30,783 nt of DNA from Simkaniaceae bacterium (GTDB taxonomy: Bacteria; Chlamydiota; Chlamydiia; Chlamydiales; Simkaniaceae). Positions 17,177 through 27,050 of this stretch are shown here, one piece after another. The translations under genes were made by a program, and so were the position numbers. Position 1 is the stretch's first letter. Each line of letters begins with the position of its first letter. Location of the stretch: assembly GCA_050248615.1 (NCBI GenBank), contig JBFWSA010000027.1:1-30783 (forward strand). Direction: 5' to 3'. A model generated the notes under the pieces. The model was not told the origin of the DNA. It worked only from the letters and a program-made list of their open reading frames with translations, and did no database searches.

Positions 17177-17622
17177 TCGACTGCAATAAAAATATCCACT
17201 TCTGCATCTTCAGGATTGGAGGCTTTTTCTCCGTAAACTTCAAAGTCTGCTGTATACCTTCTCTCTAAATGCGTATTCCAGATTTTTAGCCACTCTGAAT
17301 AGACAATGGCCTCGCTGAGTTTTCCCTTAGCAGTAAATTTTGTAAATTTTCCTCCAGGAATCATCCGCCCCACCATCCCTTCAGGGATCTCATCTAGGGA
17401 TGTGACTTTGCAACCTAGAATGACTGTATAGGGACGTGTATGATCTTTTTCATAATCGGTGTACACGCTATAGAGGGTCTGATCGACTTTATTAGGGATC
17501 TTATCCAGAAGATTTTCAGTTAAAAACCTTTCCCATAGAGGACCAATGTCGTGGATTGCTTGCCCATTTTCATTAGTGGTTCTCACGCTAATGCCGATCA
17601 TTAAAAATTCTGAACGCTCCAT
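17173..17622 (-). CDS. GyrI-like / Cass2 small-molecule-binding protein
   Basis: IGISVRTTN, I..LWERF, YTDYEKD...Y...LG, W.KIW and R.YTADFEVY. Confidence 0.88.
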   Translation of the reverse strand: MERSEFLMIGISVRTTNENGQAIHDIGPLWERFLTENLLDKIPNKVDQTLYSVYTDYEKDHTRPYTVILGCKVTSLDEIPEGMVGRMIPGGKFTKFTAKGKLSEAIVYSEWLKIWNTHLERRYTADFEVYGEKASNPEDAEVDIFIAVE

Positions 17623-17676
17623 TGTTCCTCTTTCGAATTTCGGTTTTGAAGGTGTTTAAATATAACTGAAAGAGGA

Positions 17677-20091
17677 TTAAAAAAGGGCTAAAAAATGTTT
17701 TTTTTCGCACTTGGGATTAGGGATAAAGTCTTCAAATACCTTTTCAAAGAAAACCTCCTCTGTAGCCCCATTGAGTGTATCGAGAATTTCAAAGGTTTCT
17801 GCTAGAAGATCAACTTCGGCTGCATCGAGTCCTACAGTTAAGCGGATCGTAGCATTTTCGTCACAGAAAAGCATGGAGAAATTGGAGTGATAAAAACCGA
17901 CACTCCGACGGTAAAAAATAGGATACCCTTGTTCCATCCCTCGAAGATAGAGGAGCCCTCCTGCAAGAGCAGAACCGCGAACTTTGTGGAGGGGGCCTGA
18001 AACTTTAATATCGATGAACGTGGGATCGGTTCCTGAACGAAAGGGAATGACCCGATAGGGAGAGTTTTTATCATAGAGTCTTGGGGACAGCCGCTCTAAA
18101 AGAGCACGTGTATTATCAAATATCTGCTTGCGATAAAGTTCTAATGTAGGCGCTGCATTTTTATAGGCTAAACAAAACCAGTTAAGGCTAAGAGAATCGG
18201 CTTTGAGTGCAGGGTCATTACGTAGGATCTCAAACGGGGCCCAATGGGGATCCCGGTTATGGATCATATAAAGAGGGGCCCCAGAATAGTTATCCATTCC
18301 GAAGAGATCGAATTTGAGACCACTCCGATAACAGATGATATTCAGATACCCCTTTTCGATCTCACTTTGAAAGGCTTCTAAGAGCTGGCCCACACGGGGA
18401 GAATCAATGTAGTCGAAGGTGCAATCTAAAGCCAGGATGAGGGGTTTTTTGTTCCTATTTTTAAAGGATTTTTGGAGAAACTGCATCACGTTTTCTTCGC
18501 GGTATTCCGTAGGGAGTAGATCAATTCTTTTTAAGGCAGGGTTGAATTGTGCCAGAATGAGATCGACTTGCCCCCAATCCTCTTTAGTTGCTTCCTCAAC
18601 TGAAACACATGTTGAGACCCAATCCACAACTTTGAGACATTCAAAATAGGTATTTTCACCAAAAAGTACCCGAGGAGCTCTTCCTAGCATTTTCTTTGTC
18701 GCATGCAAAATCCCAGCCATACTGGTCATTCCAGAGGCATGAATGCCATAAGTAGTGAAAGCTTTCAGATGAGAAGGAATAGTTGTGAGAAGGTTTTCGT
18801 AAATAGAGGGAAAATCTTCCTGTTTAAAAAGAGCAAAGACTTCAAGTAGGGGCATCAGATCGGCATGAATGAGTTCTAAATGGGACATGATTTCAAAAAA
18901 AGAAGCTGTTTCTTCTTCCTGAACGAGTCTCTCGAGTTGTTTTTGGATTCTTTCGAGAGAAATGTGCGTAATTGCTGCATGGGTCGGCTTCCTTAGGACC
19001 TCTCTCCATTTATCTTCCGAAATGCCATCAAAAAATCCCTGCAACACTTGAAGGGTCCCTCTTACCATGAGGTTTTTTTGAGGATGTCTCGATTTCCATT
19101 TTTTTTGAAATGAGTCGAGGGAGGCAATAAAGTCCTCTTTTGAGGTTGGGATCGTTTGGAGAAGATGCGTTTTCGGCTTAAACGATTCAAAAGATAGGCG
19201 ATCTAACTCGACACGGCTAGCAGAAAGCCCCGCAAAAGCCACCCTTTCTAAGAGAAGCTGATGATCTTCTTCGATTTCTTTAGCCGACTGGTGGGAAAAG
19301 GGCAAGATACGGATACCTCCCACTCCATCTTTCTCAACATACTGAATGCAAAGCATCTGGTTTATTTCTAAAAAGCGCGCTTTAAATTGCTCCTGGCATT
19401 TTTCCCACGCTTCAAGCCACTCATCCCTTCCTTCATGAGAGAAAACAGCGGTTAAGTCAACAATGACTTTTTCCTGGGGATCTATCAACGTAGGAAAATA
19501 ATCATAGAGGTTTGCGGGGCGGGTTAAAACTAAAGGATAGTGCTTGGGCTGAGGTAAATGCTCCTTCCAGGCTTCTGCCCGCTTTTTATAGGTATCAGAA
19601 ACGGTTGTTGAAGGGTTTCTAGCGTAGCAGTTCTGTGTCTCCGGATGTACTTGAAGAAAGACTCTAAACGCAGGACAGATCCAGTCAACAATAACGGGGA
19701 AAAACCCTGCCGATTTAGCGAGGTATCGCCTTTCTAAAAAACGCATGAGCTTTTGATCTTCTTGTGAATACGTGGGAATCTCTGAAAGGAGGCTTTGATT
19801 CAAATGCCAGGCGTCTCGTGAAAAAGAAGGGATTCCTTTAAATCCTTGCGCAAACATCTGACTCGCTGCGCGACTGCAGAGACGACTGAGAAGAAGGCAT
19901 TCATTTCCAATCGTTGTGTTCCAGGGAGACAATCGAGACAGTCCCCATCCGATTTTTCCTGCTATTGCCGCTGTTTCTAAGACGGCTCCCACACCGAAGT
20001 AGAGGGCTTTTTCGGAAAGGGATTGCTTTTCTTCAGCACCACTTAAAGACGTTGTCAGGAGTAATGCCGAAAGAACTAGAACTTTCCTCAT
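17677..20091 (-). CDS. Large exported hypothetical protein with a C-terminal PLP-dependent (Cys/Met metabolism-like) region
   Basis: ~804 aa from ATG 20091; signal peptide MRKVLVLSALLLTTSLSG; ordered motifs SGMTS, YFE, LDCT, SGLKF and IRLTVGLD. Confidence 0.6.
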   Translation of the reverse strand: MRKVLVLSALLLTTSLSGAEEKQSLSEKALYFGVGAVLETAAIAGKIGWGLSRLSPWNTTIGNECLLLSRLCSRAASQMFAQGFKGIPSFSRDAWHLNQSLLSEIPTYSQEDQKLMRFLERRYLAKSAGFFPVIVDWICPAFRVFLQVHPETQNCYARNPSTTVSDTYKKRAEAWKEHLPQPKHYPLVLTRPANLYDYFPTLIDPQEKVIVDLTAVFSHEGRDEWLEAWEKCQEQFKARFLEINQMLCIQYVEKDGVGGIRILPFSHQSAKEIEEDHQLLLERVAFAGLSASRVELDRLSFESFKPKTHLLQTIPTSKEDFIASLDSFQKKWKSRHPQKNLMVRGTLQVLQGFFDGISEDKWREVLRKPTHAAITHISLERIQKQLERLVQEEETASFFEIMSHLELIHADLMPLLEVFALFKQEDFPSIYENLLTTIPSHLKAFTTYGIHASGMTSMAGILHATKKMLGRAPRVLFGENTYFECLKVVDWVSTCVSVEEATKEDWGQVDLILAQFNPALKRIDLLPTEYREENVMQFLQKSFKNRNKKPLILALDCTFDYIDSPRVGQLLEAFQSEIEKGYLNIICYRSGLKFDLFGMDNYSGAPLYMIHNRDPHWAPFEILRNDPALKADSLSLNWFCLAYKNAAPTLELYRKQIFDNTRALLERLSPRLYDKNSPYRVIPFRSGTDPTFIDIKVSGPLHKVRGSALAGGLLYLRGMEQGYPIFYRRSVGFYHSNFSMLFCDENATIRLTVGLDAAEVDLLAETFEILDTLNGATEEVFFEKVFEDFIPNPKCEKKHFLALF

Positions 20092-20116
20092 AAACCCAAC
20101 CCCTATCCCAATAGGT

Positions 20117-21001
20117 TTATAATACACTAAAGGGAACAACAATGCATAATGCTGTCACAATCACCAACGAAAAAATGAACATCTGACGGGCCCATTGTTG
20201 ATCATTTTTACACTTAAATCCTTTGATACAGAGAACTAGCCAGCAAAGACTGAGGATTGTGGTGACAAAGAGATAAGCATAACCCGTATACCCCATGAAC
20301 GTGAGTAAGGCTGCGGAAATCATAAAAAGGAGGATATAATAGAGCATATGGATCTTGGTGACACGCATCCCCTTTTTCACGGGATAGAGGGGAATGGCCG
20401 CCTCCATATAATCTTTAAGACGAAAAATAGAAATCGCAAAGAAGTGGGGCATTTGCCATAGAGCAATCATGGCAAATAAAATAGAGGCCCCCCCATCTAT
20501 CTGGTTAGTCACAGCACAATACCCCACCACAGGGGGAACAGCACCCGCGATACTACCAATCAGTGTTCCATGAATGGTGTGATATTTTAATAAACTATAG
20601 GCAAAGACATAAACAATAACGCCTAAAAGAGCGACCATCATGGTGATGCGATTGGTGTAGAGGGCCAAAATGAGCATTCCCAAAGCTCCCAGAATGGCGG
20701 CGAATCCAAGGGCATGATAGGGGGAAACCTCTCCCCTGGCTAATGGGCGGTTTTTCGTCCTCTCCATTTTTTTGTCGAGATCTCGATCGATATAATTATT
20801 GAACGCGCAAGCCGAGGCTATCACAAGGGAGATCCCTTCAAGAGTCGCCAGAAAAAGCCAAAAATCAAAGCTCCCTCTCGCCCCCAAAGTAAATCCCATG
20901 GCTGCAGTCAGCGCATTCCCAAAGATGATCCCTGGCTTCGCAAGAGAAACATAGGCTTTTATCCGTGCTTGCATTGAGACTTTAGATAATTCCATTGACA
21001 C
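20117..21001 (-). CDS. cyoE: Heme o synthase (protoheme IX farnesyltransferase)
   Basis: KPGII.GN, NNYIDRDLDKKMERTKNRPL, GSIAGAVPPVVGY and WQMPHFFAI. Confidence 0.96.
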   Translation of the reverse strand: MSMELSKVSMQARIKAYVSLAKPGIIFGNALTAAMGFTLGARGSFDFWLFLATLEGISLVIASACAFNNYIDRDLDKKMERTKNRPLARGEVSPYHALGFAAILGALGMLILALYTNRITMMVALLGVIVYVFAYSLLKYHTIHGTLIGSIAGAVPPVVGYCAVTNQIDGGASILFAMIALWQMPHFFAISIFRLKDYMEAAIPLYPVKKGMRVTKIHMLYYILLFMISAALLTFMGYTGYAYLFVTTILSLCWLVLCIKGFKCKNDQQWARQMFIFSLVIVTALCIVVPFSVL

Positions 21002-21048
21002 TTCCCAATTTTATGGTAAAACTAAGGAAACCTTTAGGAGAATGAATC

Positions 21049-21195
21049 ATGAAAAAACTCATCATATTTCTATTTCTTTCCGCTAGCTGCCTTTCGTTAG
21101 TAGGTTGCGATCAGACAAAAAAGGCAACAGATTCATCTAAGTGCGCCTGTGGCGAAAAATGCCCTTGTAGTGACACTTCCCAAAAGAGCTACTAA
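21049..21195 (+). CDS. Small Cys-rich lipoprotein (48 aa), antisense inside the cyo cluster
   Basis: MKKLIIFLFLSASCLSLVGCDQTKKATDSSKCACGEKCPCSDTSQKSY*; lipobox LVGC; SD AGGAG at 21036-21040; TTGACA at 20995-21000. Confidence 0.75.
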   Translation: MKKLIIFLFLSASCLSLVGCDQTKKATDSSKCACGEKCPCSDTSQKSY

Positions 21196-21524
21196 TACCC
21201 ATCTCCCATCGGCATGAGATTGTAATCTAGATTGTACATGATCCAGAGCGTTCCTCCCACCAAAGCTACAATCAGAAAAATGGTGTAGAGAAATACGAGT
21301 AGATTCCAACGGGGCTTCGATTCTAAACCTAAATGCATGAAAAAAATCAGCTGCAGAAAGGATTGAATCACCCCAAGCCCAACCACAGTTGCAACCAATA
21401 TCCAGCTTACAAGGTGGTAATGAACGGCTATCCTGTAGGTTGCTATTGTTAAAATTAAGGAGACAATAAACCCAATAAAAAGAGGCTTATAGCTAAAGTT
21501 CCACCCATGATGCGCATCGATCAT
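21192..21524 (-). CDS. cyoD: Cytochrome bo3 ubiquinol oxidase subunit IV
   Basis: GFIVSLILT, QL.FFMHL and GGTLWIMYNL. ATG 21524 overlaps the cyoC stop. Confidence 0.92.
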   Translation of the reverse strand: MIDAHHGWNFSYKPLFIGFIVSLILTIATYRIAVHYHLVSWILVATVVGLGVIQSFLQLIFFMHLGLESKPRWNLLVFLYTIFLIVALVGGTLWIMYNLDYNLMPMGDGY

Positions 21525-22126
21525 TAAATAACTCCTAGTACGTAAACAACTGAGAAGATAAAAATCCAAATGATGTTCAAGAATTGCCAAAACATCCGGA
21601 GACAGGTCAACCTTTTAATATGTAAGGGAGTGATCCCCTCCTTAAAAATAGGAATGAGGAGAACAAAAACCCATAAGAGAGCAAAGACCATGTGAAGCGC
21701 ATGGGTTCCCACTAGCGTGTAATATCCTGATAAGAAAGCATTTTTGGCCCAGTCATTTCCCGTGGCTGTGAGACGAACAAATTCATTTACCTGCATTCCA
21801 AAAAAACCTAGCCCGAAGATAAAAGTAACAAAAAACCAGCTAATTGTTGCTCCCTTGAGCTTGCGGTGTGCTGACACACCTCCCAAACCGGAGGTAAAAG
21901 CAGCGCATAAGAGTAACAGGGTTTGAAGGGTTGTGAAGTCAATATTAAAAAGCTCTCTAGCTCCAGGTCCTCCAAAGGTACTATCTCGGAGAACAAGATA
22001 GGCCGAAAAGATCGTAGCGAAGAGCATAAAATCAGAAATAAGGTAGAGCCAAAAGCCAAAAGTTGTCTTAGAGTAGACATCATGATGGGTATCTGGAAAA
22101 GGCTCATGCTTGATAGCGTGTGTCAT
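21524..22126 (-). CDS. cyoC: Cytochrome bo3 ubiquinol oxidase subunit III
   Basis: [29 protein letters not shown] and [14 protein letters not shown]. Confidence 0.95.
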   Translation of the reverse strand: MTHAIKHEPFPDTHHDVYSKTTFGFWLYLISDFMLFATIFSAYLVLRDSTFGGPGARELFNIDFTTLQTLLLLCAAFTSGLGGVSAHRKLKGATISWFFVTFIFGLGFFGMQVNEFVRLTATGNDWAKNAFLSGYYTLVGTHALHMVFALLWVFVLLIPIFKEGITPLHIKRLTCLRMFWQFLNIIWIFIFSVVYVLGVI

Positions 22127-24081
22127 GAAGTTTGCCTCGCACTTTCAATTTTCTTAATTTCTTCAACAGTTACATGGTAATCGGTGTGTTTATCGGCTAA
22201 GCGGAAAATCATCACCACAACGATTGCTACTGCACATAACCCAAAAAGCCAAAACATATGCCAAACTGCCGCAAATCCCAGAACACAACTCAACACTCCT
22301 ATATAGAAGCCCACTCCTGTATTTTTGGGCATATGGATCTCTTTATACTCAGGCGCTGGAGGGGGATTTTTTGCATGCTTCATCACCCAAAAGGCATCGC
22401 GCCCATGGACTTCAGGAAGAACTGCATAGTTGTAGAAAGGAGGCGGAGAAGCCGTCGACCACTCCAAGTTGCGCCCATCCCAAGGATCTCCTGTAGTGTC
22501 TCTATTTTCATGCCGCCTTTTGATACTCACATAGAGTTGGAGAAACTGGAAGCAAACGCCGATAAAGATAATCACAGCTCCTACTGAGGCTACAATGAAG
22601 AGAGGTTGCCACCCTGTTTCAGTTTGAAAATGACTTAAGCGTCTTGTCGCTCCCATAAATCCGAGAAGGTAGAGAGGCATAAAGGCGATAAAGAATCCAA
22701 TGAGCCAACACCAAAACCCGTAGCGTCCCCATCTCTCCTCAAGCTTGAACCCAATGAACTTGGGGAACCAGTAGGAATAGGCAGCATAAAAACCAAAAAC
22801 CACACCCCCAATAATCACATTGTGAAAGTGTGCAATAAGGAATAAGCTATTATGCACCTGGAAATCGATGGCAGGCATGGCAAGCATGACCCCTGTCATC
22901 CCCCCAATTGTAAATGTAACCACAAATCCAATAAAATAGAGCATAGGCGTAGAAAACCTCACCCGTCCTCGATACATGGTAAAAATCCAGTTAAACACTT
23001 TCACCCCTGTTGGGACAGCAATGACCATCGTCATGATCCCAAAGAAGGCATTGACATTCGCTCCGGCTCCCATGGTGAAGAAGTGGTGAAGCCATACAAT
23101 AAAAGAAAGAACAACAATCGCCATGATCGCCCAAACCATGGAGGTATATCCAAATAGCTTCTTACGTGAAAAGACCGGAACAACCTCTGAAAAAACACCA
23201 AACATGGGAAGGATCAAGATATAAACCTCAGGGTGTCCCCACGCCCAAATAAGGTTAATATACATCATGGGATTTCCCCCAAAGTCAGCAGTAAATAACT
23301 TCGTCTCCATCAAGCGATCTGTTGTCAGCATCGCAAGCGTTCCAGTAAGGATAGGGAATGCTGCAAGAACAAGAATCATGGCCCCAAAAGTCGCCCAAAC
23401 AAAAACAGGCATTCTCATCAAGGTCATTCCAGGACAACGCATCTTTAAGATCGTCACAATAAAATTGATCGCTGAAATTAAACTCCCCGCCCCCGATATC
23501 TGAATACTCCATAGCCAGTAGTCTACTCCAACCCCAGGACTATATTTAAGCCCTGCAAGAGGGGGATAAGAGGTCCATCCTGTTCCCGCAAAGTTTCCAA
23601 TCACAAGAGAGATAAAGATATACATCCCTCCCGCTGCATAAAGCCAAAAACTCAAGCTATTCAGAAAGGGGAAAGCGACATCACGTGCCCCAATTTGCAT
23701 GGGCATCACTAAATTAATAATTCCAAAGATCAATCCCATTCCAACAAATAAAACCATCGTTACGCCATGAGCTGTAAAAATTTGTTGAAAATGATCGGGA
23801 CCAAGATATCCCATGGAATCTCCAAATGCTGTCGCCTGTTGTGCCCGCATCATGAGTGCATCAATCAATCCCTTTGCCAATTGGATCGCTGCATAAACGA
23901 TGTACATAATCCCAATTTTCTTATGATCCACAGAGGTCAGCCACTCTTTCCATAGCCATGTCCACCTTTTGTAATAGGTGAGAAGCCCTATAATGACTAG
24001 AGCACCAAGGACCATAGAGACTCCAGCGGCATACTCAATCCAATCGTGTCTAAATGCGTCTAAAGTTAGTCTTCCAAACAT
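22123..24081 (-). CDS. cyoB: Cytochrome bo3 ubiquinol oxidase subunit I
   Basis: [41 protein letters not shown] and [10 protein letters not shown]. Confidence 0.97.
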   Translation of the reverse strand: MFGRLTLDAFRHDWIEYAAGVSMVLGALVIIGLLTYYKRWTWLWKEWLTSVDHKKIGIMYIVYAAIQLAKGLIDALMMRAQQATAFGDSMGYLGPDHFQQIFTAHGVTMVLFVGMGLIFGIINLVMPMQIGARDVAFPFLNSLSFWLYAAGGMYIFISLVIGNFAGTGWTSYPPLAGLKYSPGVGVDYWLWSIQISGAGSLISAINFIVTILKMRCPGMTLMRMPVFVWATFGAMILVLAAFPILTGTLAMLTTDRLMETKLFTADFGGNPMMYINLIWAWGHPEVYILILPMFGVFSEVVPVFSRKKLFGYTSMVWAIMAIVVLSFIVWLHHFFTMGAGANVNAFFGIMTMVIAVPTGVKVFNWIFTMYRGRVRFSTPMLYFIGFVVTFTIGGMTGVMLAMPAIDFQVHNSLFLIAHFHNVIIGGVVFGFYAAYSYWFPKFIGFKLEERWGRYGFWCWLIGFFIAFMPLYLLGFMGATRRLSHFQTETGWQPLFIVASVGAVIIFIGVCFQFLQLYVSIKRRHENRDTTGDPWDGRNLEWSTASPPPFYNYAVLPEVHGRDAFWVMKHAKNPPPAPEYKEIHMPKNTGVGFYIGVLSCVLGFAAVWHMFWLFGLCAVAIVVVMIFRLADKHTDYHVTVEEIKKIESARQTS

Positions 24082-24095
24082 ACCTATTCCTATCT

Positions 24096-24962
24096 TTAAT
24101 GAGATGATGGACTATATTTATCAAGAATCTGTTGAAACAAGTTAGCCTCCGTAAGGGTATAAACCGAAACAGGATCATCAGAACTGGGGGGTACTAGTTG
24201 CTCATTGTACCGGTGAAAATCGAGTCTTTGGGGAGAAGATTGTGCAGACTCAATCCACCGCATAAAATCCTCTTCTGTACTCACTCTTGTAATAAAACGC
24301 ATACCCGAAAACCCCGTCCCGCTAAAGTTCGACGATCTCCCCTCATAATCTCCTGTTTTATGCGCCAATACATAGAGCTTGGAACGCATGGCAGGCATGG
24401 CATAGATTTGACCCGCAAGTTGCGGAATCCAAAAAGAATTCATGGGAGCATCAGCTGAAATCACGAAGTTAATCGGAGTCCCTTCAGGAAACTGGACAAA
24501 ATTGACAGTTGCCACATCATACTCGGGATAGATAAAAAGCCACTTCCATTGAAGAGCAACTGCTTGGATTTCGATTGGTTTCTTATCATTAGTAATCGGC
24601 TGAAAAGGGTTGAGCGAGTGACTCGTTCTCCACACAAGAACGCCCAAAATAATGATAATGATGAGGGGAACACCCCACCAACAACACTCTGCAATACTGT
24701 TATGTTCCCAATCGGGAGCGTGCTTTGATCCTTTATTCTCGTCACGGTATTTCCAAGCAAAGATCCATGTAAGAATAAAGACAGGAATCACAACAATTAG
24801 CATCAAAAGAGCTGACGTGATAATCAGCTCGCGTTCCTTAGCAGCAATAAGCCCTTTGGGCTCCAAGATAGGAACATTGCGCGTGGCACCATAATAAAGC
24901 GTCAGTGCGATGAAAGCTAAAGTCAGTAAAATTCCCAGAATAACTTTGTACTTTGTCTTCAT
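24096..24962 (-). CDS. cyoA: Cytochrome bo3 ubiquinol oxidase subunit II
   Basis: [18 protein letters not shown] and [16 protein letters not shown]; no CuA motif. Confidence 0.95.
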   Translation of the reverse strand: MKTKYKVILGILLTLAFIALTLYYGATRNVPILEPKGLIAAKERELIITSALLMLIVVIPVFILTWIFAWKYRDENKGSKHAPDWEHNSIAECCWWGVPLIIIIILGVLVWRTSHSLNPFQPITNDKKPIEIQAVALQWKWLFIYPEYDVATVNFVQFPEGTPINFVISADAPMNSFWIPQLAGQIYAMPAMRSKLYVLAHKTGDYEGRSSNFSGTGFSGMRFITRVSTEEDFMRWIESAQSSPQRLDFHRYNEQLVPPSSDDPVSVYTLTEANLFQQILDKYSPSSH

Positions 24963-25054
24963 TTTTTTCTAACCCAGTAGCATGCGGTTATTTTATGTCT
25001 TTCTGATATAAATCTATGTCTTAAGAACAAAAGTCAACAAAAAAATTTAGACGA

Positions 25055-25084
25055 TTGACTCAATAAAAACCCTCATCATATAGT
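25055..25084 (+). promoter_or_regulatory. Sigma70-type promoter of the PhyH gene
   Basis: TTGACT, 18-bp spacer, TATAGT. Confidence 0.45.
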
Positions 25085-25123
25085 TATGGTTAAAGTTATT
25101 GACGATATTAGGGTAGGGTCATT

Positions 25124-26008
25124 ATGAAAAAACCTTTGTTCTTCATCCTTTTACTCGTATCAAGCTTCACTTTTTCTAATGAGTGGCAAGATCAAAAAGC
25201 CTCCTTTCAGGAAAAAGGATATCTTTGGATAAAAAATTTTTTTTCGAAGGAGCAAGTACTTCTTCTTCAGAATTGGACAGAAACGATCTATTCTGATGCG
25301 CAAACTCTTATCAACCTCCCCGAAAACAAACGCCCTTCAGGAGCACTGATTGTAGTTCCCGAAGCAAAAAATCGCACCCAAGTCTGCCGTACAGAAGACA
25401 TGCTCTCCCTTTACCCAGAACTCTATCATTTTATTCAAGGAACGATCACCTCCTATCTCACCCACCTTTTTGGAGAACCTTACGTTCTCTTTAAAGATAA
25501 GCTTAATTTCAAATGGCCGGGTGGAGGGGCATTTACACCCCACCAAGATTTTCCAGCCTTCGAACTCTTTGGCCCTCGGGAACATATCACAGCAATGGTC
25601 TGCATCGATGCAGCAACGATTCAAAACGGGTGTTTATATATTGCGGAAGATTGGAAAAAAGACTTCGAGAATGATCCTTCAATCGATGGAAAAATGTTAC
25701 AGGAAGGTTCAGTGGTTCTTCCCTATGTCATAGGAGGGAAAGATCATGGATCTATTCAGCCCCAATATGCAAAAAAAGTGACCTGGCTTCCCCTAAAAAC
25801 TTCCCCTGGAGATCTCGTTATTTTTACCTCTTTTGTTCCCCACTACTCCGAGATTAATAACAGTACGAGCCCACGTCGGGCCATGTTCTTTACCCTGAAT
25901 AAACTTTCAGAAGGAGAACACCGCATAGCCTATTACCATACCAAAAGAGCAGACCCTCATAATCCTGTATTCCATTTCGCCACACCAACAAAAGCACGCA
26001 CAAAATAG
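25124..26008 (+). CDS. Phytanoyl-CoA dioxygenase (PhyH) family Fe(II)/2OG dioxygenase with signal peptide
   Basis: LFKDKLNFK.PGG..FTPHQD, DAAT..NGCL and PGD...F....PH.S..N.S..PRR. Confidence 0.88.
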   Translation: MKKPLFFILLLVSSFTFSNEWQDQKASFQEKGYLWIKNFFSKEQVLLLQNWTETIYSDAQTLINLPENKRPSGALIVVPEAKNRTQVCRTEDMLSLYPELYHFIQGTITSYLTHLFGEPYVLFKDKLNFKWPGGGAFTPHQDFPAFELFGPREHITAMVCIDAATIQNGCLYIAEDWKKDFENDPSIDGKMLQEGSVVLPYVIGGKDHGSIQPQYAKKVTWLPLKTSPGDLVIFTSFVPHYSEINNSTSPRRAMFFTLNKLSEGEHRIAYYHTKRADPHNPVFHFATPTKARTK

Positions 26009-26011
26009 TTA

Positions 26012-26091
26012 TATAGCTAGATTTGTTTAAAATTGGGATGATTTATGCGGATCTTTTGGTGTCTTTCGACTTTTAAACAAATCTAGCTATA
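26012..26091. mobile_element. 80-bp MITE-like element with 21-bp terminal inverted repeats
   Basis: TATAGCTAGATTTGTTTAAAA ... TTTTAAACAAATCTAGCTATA with a non-palindromic 38-bp core. Confidence 0.7.
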
Positions 26092-26140
26092 CACTTTCTA
26101 AAAATGGGTGAAATGTCCTCACACTCTTATAGGTACAGCT

Positions 26141-26911
26141 CTAATGGCTGGGTTCAAGAAGAAATATCGGTTGTTTGTACTGATCTTCCGCAGGCCCCTC
26201 AAGGAGGGCATTCAAATCGGGACCACTATAATCGATCAAATTCCATCCTTTAAATAGCTTGGGGAGTCTCTGACGTCCATAAATGCGATGAGCATTCCAA
26301 ACCAAACACCCTCCTCCCACAGGAACAGAGAGAATGAGTTTTCCCTGAGGATTCAGCATCTCTAAACACTCCTGCATCGCTCTTAAATCTCCATTGGGAT
26401 CCAGAGGATCTCCGCAGCGCCCTAACCCATCATGTTCAAAACTAGAAATAGAGATAATCACATCAAATTTTTGAGGATTTTTCTTAAAGTCTTCTACAGT
26501 TACAAGTTTAAGACGGGAATCGTTCGTTTCCAGTTTGTTATATTCAATCGTATAAGGATGTCCTTTATAGGCAAGCACAACAGCTTCATACCAGGGTTCG
26601 ACCGAACCCATAACCGCAACAGTTTTTCCTTTAATCAAATCGTGATGGCGATCTAAAAGTTGGTAGAGCCATTTATCGGTCCGTCCATAGTAATTACGCT
26701 TTTTCTTTTTCGCTCTTTTAATGAGTTGGTTGACTTGATTTTTCGAATAATAGTTCACTCCTTTGCAAGCGGTAGAGTCGTCGAAATAATGATAAACAAC
26801 AGGACTCTCCCCTCCATCGGTATAAGCTTCTAAAAGCTCCGGTGGAATCCCTTTGGGGGGAACAGCAAAAATGCACGCAGTAGAAAAAATACAAAGAAAC
26901 CATAGCTTCAT
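26141..26911 (-). CDS. DUF268 family (SAM methyltransferase-like) protein with signal peptide
   Basis: V.GS..PWYE, FD...SISSFEHDGLGR.GDPLDPNGDLRAM and L.WNAHRIYG..RL. Confidence 0.82.
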   Translation of the reverse strand: MKLWFLCIFSTACIFAVPPKGIPPELLEAYTDGGESPVVYHYFDDSTACKGVNYYSKNQVNQLIKRAKKKKRNYYGRTDKWLYQLLDRHHDLIKGKTVAVMGSVEPWYEAVVLAYKGHPYTIEYNKLETNDSRLKLVTVEDFKKNPQKFDVIISISSFEHDGLGRCGDPLDPNGDLRAMQECLEMLNPQGKLILSVPVGGGCLVWNAHRIYGRQRLPKLFKGWNLIDYSGPDLNALLEGPAEDQYKQPIFLLEPSH

Positions 26912-26927
26912 AAATCACATCCTTTGG

Positions 26928-26963
26928 TATACTCAAACAATTTCAAAAGCTTGGTTGAGTATA
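26928..26963. repeat. Internally deleted copy of the 13757 palindromic element
   Basis: TATACTCAAACAATTTCAAAAG (21/22 identical to the left arm) followed by C and TTGGTTGAGTATA (12/13 identical to the right end). Confidence 0.75.
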
Positions 26964-27050
26964 AAAAGCGTATCCCCTGAAGATAACTGATGTCAAGCCT
27001 TCAACTAAAGTCTCCTATCGTTTATTTTTGTATATAAATGATAGGCTCCT

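Noticed and set aside
21744..24894. Many short ORFs overlapping cyoABC (and similar ones inside other genes)
   Set aside because: Alternate-frame or antisense shadows of well-conserved genes, with no motifs.
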